Source of the DNA: Oikopleura dioica
Taxonomy: Eukaryota > Animalia > Chordata
Direction of reading: 5' to 3'
Assembly: GCA_907165135.1 (NCBI GenBank)
Contig: OU015570.1
Location: 1,240,001 to 1,304,000 of the forward strand
DNA: 64,000 nt
A program made the translations under genes and the position numbers. Positions 47,731 through 60,881 of this stretch are shown piece after piece. Position 1 is the stretch's first letter; every line of letters begins with the position of its first letter. Under the pieces are notes generated by a model. It did no database searches. It was not told where the DNA came from and saw nothing but the letters and a program-made list of their open reading frames with translations.

Positions 47731-48410
47731 GCTCAGAGCACGAGAAACATCATGGTGGTCTTGGATTTACTTGAAACATGATATTTTGGATTCTAGAGCC
47801 AAAAACGTGAATCTAACTTTCAAAAAATGCAAGGACAAGATCAAACTTGTTTTGACAAAAAGTCAAAAATTAGGTAGCGCTCCGCGCAATTTGTGGTAGA
47901 AAACGTAGTCTGTGGTAATTCGTCGGGGTCAATCCCGACAGATTTAAGATAAAAACACACCTATTTGTCGGGGTCGAACAATTGAATACGACGAATCAGT
48001 GTTCACTCAAATATCTATTCGTCGGGGTCATTCCTTTGCTATGACGCAATCCCTATCATCAGCCTTAATACGAAAGAGAAAATAACTCTTATCAGAATAA
48101 CAAAAAGGACGAATTACCACATACTACCGTAGAAAACTCATTGGATTTGGTAAAAATCGTCTCTAGAACAATATTGTTGTGAAAAATTTCTGTTTTTCCC
48201 TATAATAAATATTTTTTTTCAAAAGGCCAAAAAAATAAAAATCGGGGACATTCGGGACATTGGGGACATTCGCTTCATTCCAAGGGCTTTCCGCTCAGAG
48301 CACGAGAAACATCATGGTGGTCTTGGATTTACTTGAAACATGATATTTTGGATTCTTGAGCCAAAAACGTGAATCTAACTTTCAAAAAATGCAAGGACAA
48401 GATCAAACTT
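47731..48410 (+). repeat. ~118-bp direct repeat pair (about 47731-47850 and 48292-48410)
   Basis: GCTCAGAGCACGAGAAACATCATGG...GATCAAACTTG occurs twice with one mismatch noticed. Confidence 0.8.
47908..48124. mobile_element. Small TA-TSD MITE
   Basis: TA|GTCTGTGGTAATTCGTC ... GACGAATTACCACATAC|TA, with internal TCGTCGGGGTC repeats. Confidence 0.7.
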
Positions 48411-50226
48411 GATAGTCCACGGGACTCAGTCAACCGACGTGTCAAGGGTGTTCTCTCTGGAGAAAACTCTGAGTACGTTGTTATTGAAAATATCAATTTA
48501 ACAGAAATCAGGAATTTTGCGGAAGAGGTAGCTGCTGCAGAAGCTGAAGCTGAGGAAGCATATGAAGCCTTTGATCCTAACGCTTCACAAGTCACTTTAG
48601 GTGAAATGGAAAACTATTGAACGAGACATCGCTTTAGATGATCTCAATGTTAGTCAAGAAAAAGTTGAGTCCATTCTTGATAAAACAATCCAGAATGAAA
48701 GTACAAAGCTTGAAACCACTTTGTCCGATGAAATAAAAGCGGAAGCCATTCCGGATGATGATGAAGAAATGGTTGAAATAACCCCATCAAAATCAAAAGG
48801 GAGTCTTCAGTTCCCGAATGAAACTCGAGACGACAATTCAGTCAAAAACTTTTCTCCGAAAACAACGAGAGTAACCTCGAGTTCACCAAGGACAATGAAT
48901 CAGACGATGATTCTGATATTGAGCTGCCGAGCATGGCTCAAGAGCCCCAAATTAAATTGAAACTAAATCAAATGAGCAACTCAACAAAAATTGCACTCCC
49001 TAATTTCAAGGAAATTGACAATATCAAAACTTGGATCAAGCAATGTGGATTCATTCTATACTATGGAGGCATTGATGACGAGGCAAAACAGGTCTCTCAC
49101 ATGTGTGGTCGACTTCCACAACCTCTACAAAAACCGTTATCCTCGAACTTTCAAAAGGCGATTATTAGGTCAAGACGAAAATGACAGTCAAACATTTTGA
49201 GCAGACACTCGAAAAATTTTGCAGAAAGGATAATTTCGAATATGAAAGTATGCTAAAGAAAATCAGATTCGATGAAAATAAGCATGAAAATTTAAGAAAC
49301 TTCTTTTATGCTATAGAAGAGCTCGTCAGAAACACTGTCACAGAAAGTGCTTCAGATGAGGTTCTTAAGGAACTCTCCTTCCAACATTTTCTCGACAAAC
49401 TTCCAAAGAAAATCCAAAATTCCGAAATGCTTCTTGAATACAGAAAGGACAAGAGTAAGTCAAAAGACGACTTAGTCGATAAATGTACAGAGCTTTATGC
49501 CAAATATAGATCTGGCGAGTTCACAGAGCTCAATAATTTGAACCGAGGTAAAAAACAATTTAATTCCTTCGGAAAGAACTCTTCTGGAAAATCTTTCTGG
49601 CAAGGAAACAAAAAAGAAGTCACTTGCTATTTTTGTGGCATTAAAGGACATAAGAAAAATGAATGCCGAAAACTTAAAGCAGTGGTAGCTCCAATAAGGA
49701 AAGGCAAAGATCGTTTGCTACAAATGTGGCCGACCAGGTCACAAAGCTCCAGACTGCAGGACAAAAAATGGCTCTCAGAATTTCCAAAATGGGAAGAGAG
49801 ACTTTAAGAAGCCTTTTGATGCGGCCAAAAAGGACAGCAACAAATTTGATAAAAAAAACCAGTTTGCTTTTACTGTAAAAAGCCTGGCCATATAGAGGCA
49901 AATTGCTTTAAAAAGAAAAATTCTTCCAGCCGTAGAAAGGGCTTTAACAACTACAAGAAATGATTCCAACAACTACAGTTATCTTAAAACAGTACCAAGA
50001 TAATGGTTCTGTCAAAAACCTAGAAATTCCGCAGGTCCTTATCGACACTGGGGCAAGTGAAACTTATATCAGTAAAAGTATTATTCCGGAATCAATGACT
50101 TTAGAAAAATTGGAAAATCAAGAGTCAATTTCTAATGCCTTTATGGAAGAATTAACCACAATAAGTGAGACTCTTGAAAAATCTTGCTATGAAAATGTGC
50201 CCTTTATAAACGATACGACCTCTTAG
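48410..50226 (+). pseudogene. Frameshifted gag-protease remnant with three CCHC knuckles
   Basis: CYFCGIKGHKKNEC, CYKCGRPGHKAPDC and CFYCKKPGHIEANC lie in different frames. LIDTGASETY protease; truncated before RT. Confidence 0.85.
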
Positions 50227-51224
50227 ATTTTAGTAACTCTATGTAAGCCTGAAAAACAAAACACAAAAATGGAATAAAATACAATTTCAAAACTATACTG
50301 TATAGTCTATACAGTGTGATCTACTCTTAATGGCACTATGAAGATTTAGAGAGATAGATCATTACACCACATTCCTTGATTTTTATATAGGGGCTTGAGT
50401 CAAGCCGCTTGACAAAGGCCTGGAACTCTGAGTTGATCAATCTCAGTTTTGTCCCCAACCCCACCTACACCCATTCTTTTTAAAATTCAAATTATTCTTG
50501 TTTTTATTTAACTTATGGTTTATAATTTAGATAATGAAAATCGTTTTTCTTTAAATTTTTAATTAATTTAATTCCTAGCTCGAAATAATCTTCCTTGAGC
50601 ATATCTGACGGTTCGTTTGGTACTCTTTGGCTAAGTTTTAAAAATTTGAAAAAATCTATTCTACCTTCCACCCTGGGTTTTGCGTGCTCACCCCGTATCA
50701 TGCGCTCCCCTGCGTGATCGCGCGCCGCGCGCTGCATTCAAAATATCGGCAAAATTTACAGTTTTTTGTAAATTTCGGACAGATGCATGCTCTGTTCAAA
50801 CTTTTTTAAAAAGGATTTGAAACAAGCTTGTCCCGCCGGTTATCCCAGTAACATCATTTTTTTTAACTCGGAATGCAACCTGGTGAACACAAAAATCACC
50901 ATTTTTGACCCTTTATATTTTCTCACCCCTTTTATTTTAGAGAAAGTCAGAAAAACAAAATACTAATTTTAGCTATCTTAAAAACATATTTGAAAATACA
51001 AAAGATTGGATTAGTATTTCGGGTACTTAATTTTTGTGTACGGACCCTATTGATAGTTTTTTGACAGAATTTCTCTTGAAAAATGATAGAACAACGATTG
51101 ATGTTCTTTCAAAACAGTTATTGTTTGTATCTAGATATCCACTTATTGCAACAAAGACGCGATCAAACTACAGCACAACGAATACCGAAGAAATCAACAA
51201 CGAGGCTCAGATACATGACTTATT

Positions 51225-51740
51225 ATCCTCAGGATTCATTTTTTGGGTATCCTGAGTATCATCCTCAAGATTCATAATTTGAAGGGTATCCTGAGTCCTA
51301 TCCTCAGGATTCAATTCTGACGGGTATCCTGAGTCCGATCCTCAGGATTCATTTCCAAGGGGTATGCTGAGGATGATCCTCAGGATTCATTTTTTGGGTA
51401 TCCTGAGTATCATCCTCAAGATTCATAATTTGAAGGGTATCCTGAGTCCTATCCTCAGGATTCAATTCTGACGGGTATCCTGAGTCCGATCCTCAGGATT
51501 CATTTCCAAGGGGTATGCTGAGGATGATCCTCAGGATAATTGTATACTTCCAAACCGTTATGCTCAGGCTAATTTTTTGGTACGAAAAGTAAGTCATAGA
51601 AACATCCTTAACCTAGCCCAGGGGCTACGCCCCGAAACCTCTCCTAAGGCCAAACCAAGGGGGCTTTGCCCCCGGGACCCTCATCAGAGAGCTTTTTGAC
51701 TAACCCTAACCCTAACACTAATCCTATACCTAACCAATCA
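51225..51740. repeat. Higher-order minisatellite (four ~38-bp variants repeated twice) followed by GC hairpins and a TAACCC-like tract
   Basis: Monomers GGGTATCCTGAG...ATCCTCAGGATTCA in the order ABCD-ABCD. GGGGCTACGCCCC, GGGGGCTTTGCCCCC and TAACCCTAACCCTAAC at 51620-51735. Confidence 0.85.
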
Positions 51741-52522
51741 TATTGAAACCTAAGGAATATCATAATTGCTTCATTAGGTTTCCATGAAAATTTGAATAAC
51801 TTTGTTTTGTGTGATTAACTGATCTGATTTTAGCTCAAAAGAAAAGTACCGCGACGAATTATTCGTTTTTTCAATGGATTATTCATTGCAACGAATTATT
51901 GGGCCGGGGTACCGTTTTTTTAATTTAAAGATTTTCTATTACTATTATTGGCAAATTATCATTATTTAGTTTATTCATTTTCATTAAAACAAAACAAAAG
52001 TGATAAGAATTAAAGAGAGAAAAAGTTTCTTCGGTCAATTATTGAGAGAGGTGAATTGTGAAAAATGCTTCTAGACGGGGGTTGTTGTAACAATGTTGTT
52101 GTTCTTCGCGGAGGACCCACTCCCAGAGAAGGGATTGAACAGGAGTTACGTACCGGACTGGCTAAAATGCGAGTTAGCCGGTATGTGAGAAAGACAGAAA
52201 GGTGCGAGTAAATCTAGAAAGAAATAATCGCGTATCTGGGGGATTTTGATCTATAGGCTCCAGATACGCGATTAAAAGTGCCTATAGATCAAATGAAACA
52301 GACTTCCTTGAAGTCACCTTGCTCGTTAATACTAGGTTTGAACAGTTTAATAAGGAAACTTTCGGTTAGCTTAAGGTTTGTGTAGTTAGAAAGGTTAGAT
52401 TGAATTATGGAAAATTTAGATTTGGCGAAATCGCCTTGAGAAATGTTGGTGGTAACTTCTGGAGAGTTAATATAATTGTCATAGTCAGTTTGGAAGGCGG
52501 GACAGTTGTTGGTGTGAATTTT

Positions 52523-53824
52523 GTTAAATTACCATGATGTTAGCCTGACGCAAATTTGCGAGCACTGTATGGATCCGTCTTTCCTTGAAATCACTGAAGG
52601 GAGCTTACTGACGTGTGTTCGTGAAATCGGCAACCACCTTTACTTCGAACCTGCAGTTCTCGATGATATTGAAGAAACTATCCGGTCCAATTGGCATTAC
52701 TACGATACCAACTTTAGTGGAGGCTTGTCGTGCGGAGAGTTTGAGGGTATATTGTATACAACTGCCGGTATGAAATTTCTCAAAAGTATATTTTTTAAAT
52801 TTAATTCTAGCGGCCTTCACACGGACCATTTACTCTGTGCTTCGAGCCGACCCTGAAAACGGAATGTCCTACTCAGATTTCAGTGCTTCCGTAAATCTGA
52901 TCGGAGACGAAATTGAAGAAGTAACTGGAGTTCTAATGAGCGGGCAAACACTCACGAAGATGCATTCGGTGTTTATCGATTCACAACTTTCGGATGGCTC
53001 CCAGACGACTCTCGCTGGTCCGGAATGCATCTGGGCTGTTGCTCGTTTTTGGTCGCTTCTCTTGGAGACATGATAGCCTTCTGACAGACTCGACCCTTCT
53101 GGCAGACACGACCCTATTTTCTTCTGTTGATTCGATAATAATTCTGATTCCACAATGCGCGTCAAGACACAAAATCTCAGAAAAATGAAATTCATTACTT
53201 TTTCTATTTTTTTCTCTGGCCTTGACGGAAGAAAATCTTGTCCCTTGACTATCAATGATGTTGAGAATTATCTCGTCGCGCAGGGGACAGTTTCGCGAGA
53301 GATCTGGTTAACAAAAAAAATTCCCGTGGCAAAGACGACTGGCGAAATTTTGTGAGGCCTAGGCGAACGGTATTTAGCGCGACATTTGACTCAATTAACA
53401 AAACAAAATCTTTTTGGAACTTACTTGATACTCAATATTTTCGAACGAAGGAAAGTAAATCAGAAAAAATGAAGAAAGTTTTTGCTCATCTGAAAAACCT
53501 CATTCGACCGAAGTTAACTTTTTCTGCTTCGAAGAAGAAAGCCGCCGTCGTTCACAACATAATAACCTTGAAGACGAGACTGAAGAAATTGATTCAAATA
53601 AAGAAAACCGAGCTTCTTGGATACTCTCATTGGAACTCCAGTTACTTCTTTAATTTCGTCCCCGATCAGATTTACGTAAGCACTGAAATCTGAGTAGGAC
53701 ATTCCGATTTCAGGGTCGGCTCGAAGCAAAGAGTAAATGGTTCGTGTGAAGGCCGCTAGAATTGAATTTAAAAAATAGACTTTTGAGAAATTTCATACCG
53801 GCAGTTGTATACAATATACCCTCT
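52523..53824 (+). other. 1.3-kb host-gene insert in PLE-3: EF-hand protein fragment, a second secreted-type ORF, and an inverted partial copy
   Basis: EF-hand loop DTNFSGGLSCGE, then a ~42-nt GT-AG intron and AAFTRTIYSVLRADPENGMSY... Bases 53625-53824 are inverted to ~52740-52940. Flanked by a 32-bp direct repeat of PLE sequence. Confidence 0.7.
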
Positions 53825-56199
53825 TGGAAGGCGGGACAGTTATTGGTGTGAATTTTAATTGCGGTTTTACTGGAGAGCGAGTATGATCAAGAGTGCGGAG
53901 ATGAAAGGTTCGGAGGGTTTCCCCTATATAAATTTCGGAACAGGAGCAGTTGAATCGGTAACAAATGCCTGATTTTTTAAGATGAATCAGGTTTCCGCCT
54001 AAGACGGGATTTAATAATTTGGCCTAAACGAAGGGTTTTAAAAGCGAGAATAACTTTGTACTGCGGTGTGATTTTACGGATGAGAGAGGAAATGGATTTG
54101 GCAATTTTGTTAACGCGTGGTGATGTTAATTCCAGACTCAAATGAAAACGATGAGTGATATTTGGGTCTTTTTCAGGGGGCACGAATTTGCGATCTTCGA
54201 TGGATCTAATTTTACATTTGATAATTTTAGCAGGGTAGTCGTTTTTAACAAATTTCTTAGTAAGAGAGGAAAGTGCACTGTCGAGATTTTGTGCAGTTGT
54301 AGTACAGCTGTTAGCGCGATAGATTTCGCCAGAGAGAAGTCCAAGTTTTTGAGAGAGGGGTGAAACTGATTTGGTGAAGTGTTGTTAAGTGTCGCCTTTG
54401 GAAGGCTTCTGATACTGTTTGAGCTCCAGTAATTTAGTGTTTGGATCCAGATAAATAGTCGTATCGAGGTAATTTAGAGAATGATAAGAGTCGAATTCAA
54501 TAGTGAAATTAACGTTCTTATCCCAGTTGTTAAGAGGGTGGTTAATACGCGGAAGTTCGGACTTTTTGATGATGCATTTTACATCATCGACGTATACTCC
54601 ATAAAATTTGATGTTGTTACAGGATTTTTCATGGTCGATAATATCGCTTTCTAAAAAATGCATCATGGTGTTGGCGATAATGCCGGAAATTTGCGATCCC
54701 ATTGCTACACCGCTGGACTGGCGATAGAAGCTGGTTTCTGTACAGAAGGCAGTATAGTAACAGAGCGTTTTAGTAATTACTTCTTCGAAAATGGGCCGAG
54801 GGATGATTTCGCATTCAATATCATCTCTTGACTCTTTTTCAAAGAATTTTGCACGGTTTGAGTAAATGAGATGGACAATTTTTAGGATGATGGGCTGTAT
54901 TTTATATCTGGTATAATTGTATTCAGAATTTTTGCAAAATAAGTTTCAATACCGGAAGTGAGTGAATTCTTGCTAGATACAATGGGGCGCAGTGAATGTC
55001 CTGGTTTGTGCCGTTTCAGGAGGCTATAAGCGGATTTAATGGCATAATTAGGGCGTATAAGATTGAAGGTGTTCTTACTGAGGTAAGGCTCAAGTTTACT
55101 TATAAGGGGGTAGAAAATTTTAAGATCAAGGTAGAGAGGATTACGGGCGAGTTTAATAAATTGAGAATTATTTAATTGTTTGTTAACTTTAGTATTGTAC
55201 TCGTCAGTGTGAATAAGTTGGATGTTTTTACTTTTATCAATTTTTATAAAACGGACAGAAGGGTTGTTATTTAGAAAGGAGGTAAGTTATTTTTGTTTGT
55301 TGCTTGGCATGTAGCACTTTCTTAACAAATGAAATTTGAGTTTTAAAATCGATTTAACTTCATCAATGGTAAGAGGGTCAATTTTAACAGATTCAGCGTA
55401 TTTAGTCCAGTTTTGTGTTAACTATTCGAGAGAAGTTAGAAGTTTGTTTGGGTTTGCGCTTCGATGCAAGGGGAGGTCAATGCCTAGTTTGAGCAATTCG
55501 GTGAGTTCGGAAGAAATAGGTTCGTTTTTAGTGTTAAAAATAGTAATGGGACAGTGGTGATGAGTGTTTGCAGATAAAAGAGATTGTATTTTAGAGTTAC
55601 GTTTTTTATCAAGGGGAAGTTGGTTGTTCGCAATGGTGGAAAAGATATGTTGTTTGGTGGTCGAAAAGTCGGAAGAGTTAAAATTTTGCTGCAGAGAAGA
55701 GACTTGGTTTTCGAATTTTGTTCGCAGGGTACAAATAGTGTGTACCGTACAAATGCGGGATTGTGTGGCTATTATGTCTTTATCAACAATTTTGAGCCGG
55801 TGAGAAAGTAGTTGATCGGGTGACCGATTAGTGTTGTAGTAGGGATTTAGGGAGATTAGTATAGTTTGGGGGTGTTTTGGCTTCGAAACATACGGTTAAG
55901 AAAGTAAGATGTTGTTTACTTCTATGAAGTTTCTCTCCAGGTTTGTTTAGTTTGGAGAAGTCGTCGATTATCCATGTGGTAATATCTTTGAAGTTGGCGT
56001 GTTGAATTTTATATTTTCATTTATTCGCAAGATCTTTCGAGTCAGATGGTATGAGCCTATAGATCAAAATTTCCCAGATACGCGATTATTTCTTTCTAGA
56101 TTTACTCGCACCTTTCCGTCTTTCTCACACACCGGCTCACTCGCATTTTTACCAGTCCGGTAAGTAACTCCTGTTCAATTCCTTCTCTAGTTTACCTTT

Positions 56200-56242
56200 T
56201 TCAGCCTGAAGAAGAGTCATCTGACTCGAAAGATCTTGCGAA
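56200..56242 (+). ncRNA. Minimal type I hammerhead (HHR-3) in the inverted pLTR
   Basis: CTGAAGA, stem II GAGTC-atct-GACTC, GAAA, palindrome AGATCT, stem I TTC(A)GC/GCGAA with a bulge, AATAAA. Confidence 0.75.
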
Positions 56243-56942
56243 TAAATGAAAATATAAAATTTAATACGTCAACTTCAAAGATAAAAATAAAGATATTCAC
56301 AGATAGATCCGGCGTTCTTTTTATAAGAGGAGAAGTGAGCTTCGACGAAGAGAAGTTTGGTACAAGAGCTTTTCAAGAGTGTCGCAAGAAAATCCGTTAA
56401 AATTGGATCAATGTCCAGAATTTTGGGAGCACGCTCACTTAAACTTTTCACTCACTTGGACTCGCGCTCGTTCTAACCCCCGCTCACTTGAACTCGTCGG
56501 TTCAAATGAGATTTTGGTTCAATCGAGCGGGAGTTCAAGTGAGCTTTCAAATTTGCGTGGGCGATAGCGCCGCGCGCCGAGTGGTCAGATTTAATGCAGC
56601 TCTTTTCGATTTTTCTTATTTTTTCACGATTTCTTAGTAAATTTTCAAGAGAAAATCTCATCTAGAGAAAAAAATCAAGGATTAAAAAGAGAAGTCCTGG
56701 CCTTGGCAACCTGTGAAAAAAACCTGAGTCAGGATTGAAAAATAATAAAGAAGCTGCTGAGCGGCTTTTAGAAAATGACTGTTTTGATAAAATTAATGAG
56801 GTTGCCCATTCTAGTTCTCTCTTCAATTAAGTCCTTCGTTTTCCCCTTTCTTATATTAACTTTCTTACTTTAAATCCCTTTTCTTATTTTCAAAGCCTAA
56901 AATTGTCAGGAAATAACCGTCTCTTCATAGAATGAAATAAAG

Positions 56943-57244
56943 GGGTGGCGGGCGCCCAGGTTCACAATCGGTTGGTTCACAATTTTGTGAACCCGGTTCA
57001 CAATTTTGTGAACCTGGTTCACAATTTCGGTCAAAAAAGTGACTCAAATCGACTGAAGGCGGGGTTGTAGAGAAAGTTTATAACGTCTAAAATGAGTTTC
57101 TCTATAAAATCAGGCGCGGAGCGCATAAAGTTCCCTGATTTCATCCTTTTAAAAATTTTGTGAACCGGGTTCACACAGATTGTGAACCGGGTTCACAAAA
57201 TTGTGAACCGGGTTCACAATTGTGAACCTGGGCGCCCTACACCC
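56943..57244. mobile_element. hAT-type MITE (302 bp) built of GGTTCACAAT/ATTGTGAACC palindromic repeats
   Basis: TIR GGGTG(GC/TA)GGGCGCCCAGGTTCACAAT; 8-bp TSD AAATAAAG. Confidence 0.8.
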
Positions 57245-57252
57245 AAATAAAG

Positions 57253-57321
57253 TTGCTTGCCAATGCTTGCGTCTTCGATCAGGCCAACTACGGCAAGGTC
57301 ATGAAGGAAGTTCCCAACTAC
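57253..57321 (+). pseudogene. RPS25: 40S ribosomal protein S25 fragment
   Basis: LLANACVFDQANYGKVMKEVPNY aligns by eye with the eS25 stretch [23 protein letters not shown]. Confidence 0.75.
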
Positions 57322-57488
57322 AATCCCCTTCATCATCATCAAAGGTAAGAATTTCCATAAATAATAAAGCAAAGCCTTGAAGGACTTAATTGTGAAATTA
57401 AATCAAACTTTTTTCTTTTAACGAGTTGATATTTATTCCTAGAAGATTCGCCGAAATCAGACATGAATGAAGAAATGAGCACAGAAAT

Positions 57489-59586
57489 TCAAGAACTCGT
57501 CGTCGGACTCAAATCCTGAGTGAGTCTACTTTGCATCTCGTCTTGCGTCTCCGAGTTGGTATGCAGATTTTCGTCAAGACTTTGCCTGGCTTCTGATAAA
57601 GGTAACTCATCGTCACTACTGTCTGGGCGAGGAGCAATAATTACTCTTTTTTTAAGTGGTGGTTGCACCTCGACTAAGTTAACTAATAGTTTTACATTTT
57701 TGTAATTGAGCTTACCTAAATTAATTAAATAATCGTCATCTTGCTGATTCTGAGGCATGTTCATCCCAATCGGCTGGCCGTAAACTTGCTCACCCGGTGG
57801 ATGCATCATGCCTGGATTCATCTGCATTTGGTTCGGCATCATGTTCATGTTGCCCATGTCCTCTACCGAATCCCAATTCGAGCAATCAAATGAATAATCA
57901 CTCGCACCCTTCGCACTGTTATCATTAGTTGCATACTAAAATATATTTTCAGACGGAGTGCCTAGAATCCGCTTGGGAAAAAGCGCCCTCTGCCGCGCGC
58001 TTTTCTGAAAAGAGGCCGAAAATAGGAGCGTGCAGCCACAAATTCGTGGATCATCAAAGGTAAATCTAACATTCCAAAAAGAATAAGGGGAATTTTCGGG
58101 GAGATCAGCCTTTCTTCGTAGAAATCTATCAATTTCAATTTTTGCAACAATAGCTTCATCATCGTCATCGTCTAAGTTATTTTCTCTCTCTTCAATAGGA
58201 TTCTTTCTAAGATAATCTTTGTATCTCCGAGCCTTTTCGTACATTTCTGCTCTTAGTTCTGAAGTTTTATCGTAAAATTTTTCTTCAGCCATTTTTTTAG
58301 CCTTTTCAACAGCATCTTCAAACGCAATATCATTCATCCTTTTTTTCAACTAGAATTAAATTAAAGAGTATTTAAATACTTCTGGTCTCCTCCAAAGATA
58401 CGATCTTTTTTTCTTATCATCATTTTTTGCTATCCTTTCTTGTCGTTCTCTATCTTTTACTTCCTTCTGACATGCAGCCAATTCGGCCTTATCTTTCGCG
58501 ATCTGTGCTCTTTTCTCCGCTGCTAACCTCTTTTTCTCAGCTTCTTGACGCTCCCTTTCCGCCTTTTTACGTGCCCTTTCATCAGCTTTTCTCTTCTTCT
58601 CTTCTGCTTCATTTTTTTCCCTCTCCGCCTTTTTTTGTGCCCTTTCTTCTGCTTTTTTCTTCTTTTAAGCTGCTTCTTTTTGCTCTCTTTCTGCCTTTTT
58701 TAGTGCCCTTTCATCCGCTTTTCTCTTCTTTTCAGCTTCTGCTTGTTTGGCCTTTTCCTCCGCTTGTTTCTTTTTTTCCGCTTCATTTCTTTCTTTTTCT
58801 TCGATTATTTTTCGTTGTTTTTCAATCAGATCACTACTACGAAGTGCTGTCTTAGCTCGCTCGATCTCCTCCTTATTCATTTTTCCAGGTTTCCGTGGCT
58901 GAATGTTAACATATCGTTTTAGCGGCACAAGATAGACGACTGGCCGCGGGGTCACAGTCGATGAACTAGTTGATGCCTCCTTCGACGACGGGAGCGACAC
59001 CAAGGAAGATTTGATCAAGTTCGTCGACATCGGCATTGACGACGATTCAGTCAACGTCGGATCAGGTAATTCAGAATCCTCAGATTCATACTCGTCAATG
59101 ATATCAAATTCTGAATCAACTTCAGGCTGATTGAAGATATTTTCGCGTTGAAATGATTGCTGGCAATGTAACCCTGTGGCTTCATGAACTGGCGCAAGAT
59201 CAGCTTCAGTAAGCTCTTGTGGCGGCTCTATTTCTCCTTCATCTTCGTTTCGGAGATTTTCCTCGGTAAGCTCAAAAATTTTAGTCTTTATTTACAAATT
59301 ATAAACTTACATCACTTCGTATTTCTTTGAGAGCTTTGTAAAAGTAAGGTGTTTTGTCAGTTTCTCGAATAAACTTCATGAAACTTGCGTTATCTGTGAG
59401 CATAGTTTCTGCTGCTGATGGAGCAAAGTAGATCTTCCGGAAGTACTTCAGCATAATTTTTTTTCTTTCAACGGAATCTTCCTCAAGAACGAATTCCTTG
59501 ATTAATTTATTTATGAACACATATCGCATCAGCATTGATAACTTTCTTGACCTTCGTTCAGCGCAAAAAATCGCGTCTTTTTCCAT
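57489..59586 (-). pseudogene. Low-complexity coding pieces downstream of the transposase (acidic, E/K/A coiled coil, Gln/Met/Pro-rich), with stops
   Basis: ORFs 59299-59586, 58665-59054 (continues past a TAA), 57936-58349 and 57489-57857. Could be the transposase C-terminus or cargo. Confidence 0.5.
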
Positions 59587-59719
59587 ATTACTATGCTCAG
59601 CCTTTCTTCTAGCTATCGTACAAGCTCTTACCAGCTCAGTAACCTTACTTATATGCGTGGCCTTCGTAACGCCGCATAATTCCAGTTTACCATGCTATGA
59701 TGATTATTTAACCATTTTT

Positions 59720-60825
59720 TTAGTCTTCCTTGATTTCACTTACGAACGATTCAACTCCATTATTGGTGTTATCTGTGCAACCTTCTTTGCTTCGTCTGGC
59801 TAGCTCAACACTCCAGGTACTCGACGGATATATAGAATCAGCTCGGATCCATGTAGCCCTCAGGTATCGTTCAAAATCACTCCATAAAGCGTCGGATAAT
59901 GGACATTTCAATCGAGAGATAATGTCGCCTAATAGTTCAGAATAGCAATCGTAAAAGTTTTTATTTGATAAGTCCACCCATGCCATTCCAGCCACAAGAC
60001 TTTGCAAGTCAGATGCTTTTTCATATCGGCTTTGGAGTCCTATATCCGCGGCATATCTCTGGCAAGCTTTTTGTTGCTGTATTCAAAATTATAAATCAAA
60101 TTATCTGATAGAAAATCTTTAGAAATCCCGTAACCGGCGCAGAAGGAATCGTCTCTGCTTCGTACGTCGAAGAAATTGCCGAAGAAAACTTCGACGATGT
60201 TCCAGACAACGATTCCTTCACTTCCAACTCGGGTAAGAACGATATTGATAATTTTAGCCCATAAGTGAAAATGACATCCTTCAAAATGAAGGTTCTGATC
60301 GTGGAAAACCGAATTGAATGCCAGCCTTTGTGCTGGCTCGAAGTCTGCCATAACGGTCGTCAATTGAGTTGTCCCTAATAGATTCTAATAGGAGCGGTTT
60401 TAATCGTAATTCTAGTAACATTCCGATCACTGGACGATGATTTTTGTAACAATAATGGAAAATGCTGTATGGATAACCTCTATCAAGTCGAAAAGTGCGA
60501 ATGTAACAATGGTAAGCCTAATTTTACGCCTTTCCTTCAGTGCATAAAGAACATTCACAAATGTCTCTGTTGTGCTATTCGGGATGAGACACGTAAATCG
60601 AGGATAACAATGTCCACTTGCATCTTTTGTTGACAATGTCCAGATCAGTTCAGCTGGCATATCAGGTTTTTTCTTAAGATGTTTTCCATCTGCTGTCCAG
60701 AGGGATTGAATTTTTAATTGATGAAGCGATGCATCAGTGGCGAAACACGGAAAATCATCGAAAACTTGACTCTGATCATGATCCTCGAGCTCGGAATTGT
60801 CTATTCGCCATCTGGTTCCTGTCAA
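59720..60825 (-). pseudogene. MULE DDE transposase core, broken
   Basis: WTADG (D1), MADFEPAQRLAFNSVF (D2), GCHFH, and TW..TDNTNNGVESF (E) across several frames. Confidence 0.85.
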
Positions 60826-60881
60826 TTGTTAATTGATATTTTTAGGAAGAGATTATGAGCGGAATATTCTGTAAAAAGCGA

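Larger units (their letters stand above)
52128..56285 (-). mobile_element. Penelope-like element PLE-3 with an inverted pLTR at its 5' end, degraded and interrupted
   Basis: MGSQISGIIAN, YVDD, GICYRFNCSCSEIYIGET, and C-terminal KIHTNNCPAF...KPSINEQGDFKEVCFI*. Bases 56050-56190 are the reverse complement of 52128-52258, and 55983-56048 are inverted to 56219-56283. Confidence 0.9.

Noticed and set aside
51700-51735. True telomere or chromosome end
   Set aside because: Only a few degenerate TAACCC units embedded in a repeat element; similar tracts at 12710-12810 and 18890.
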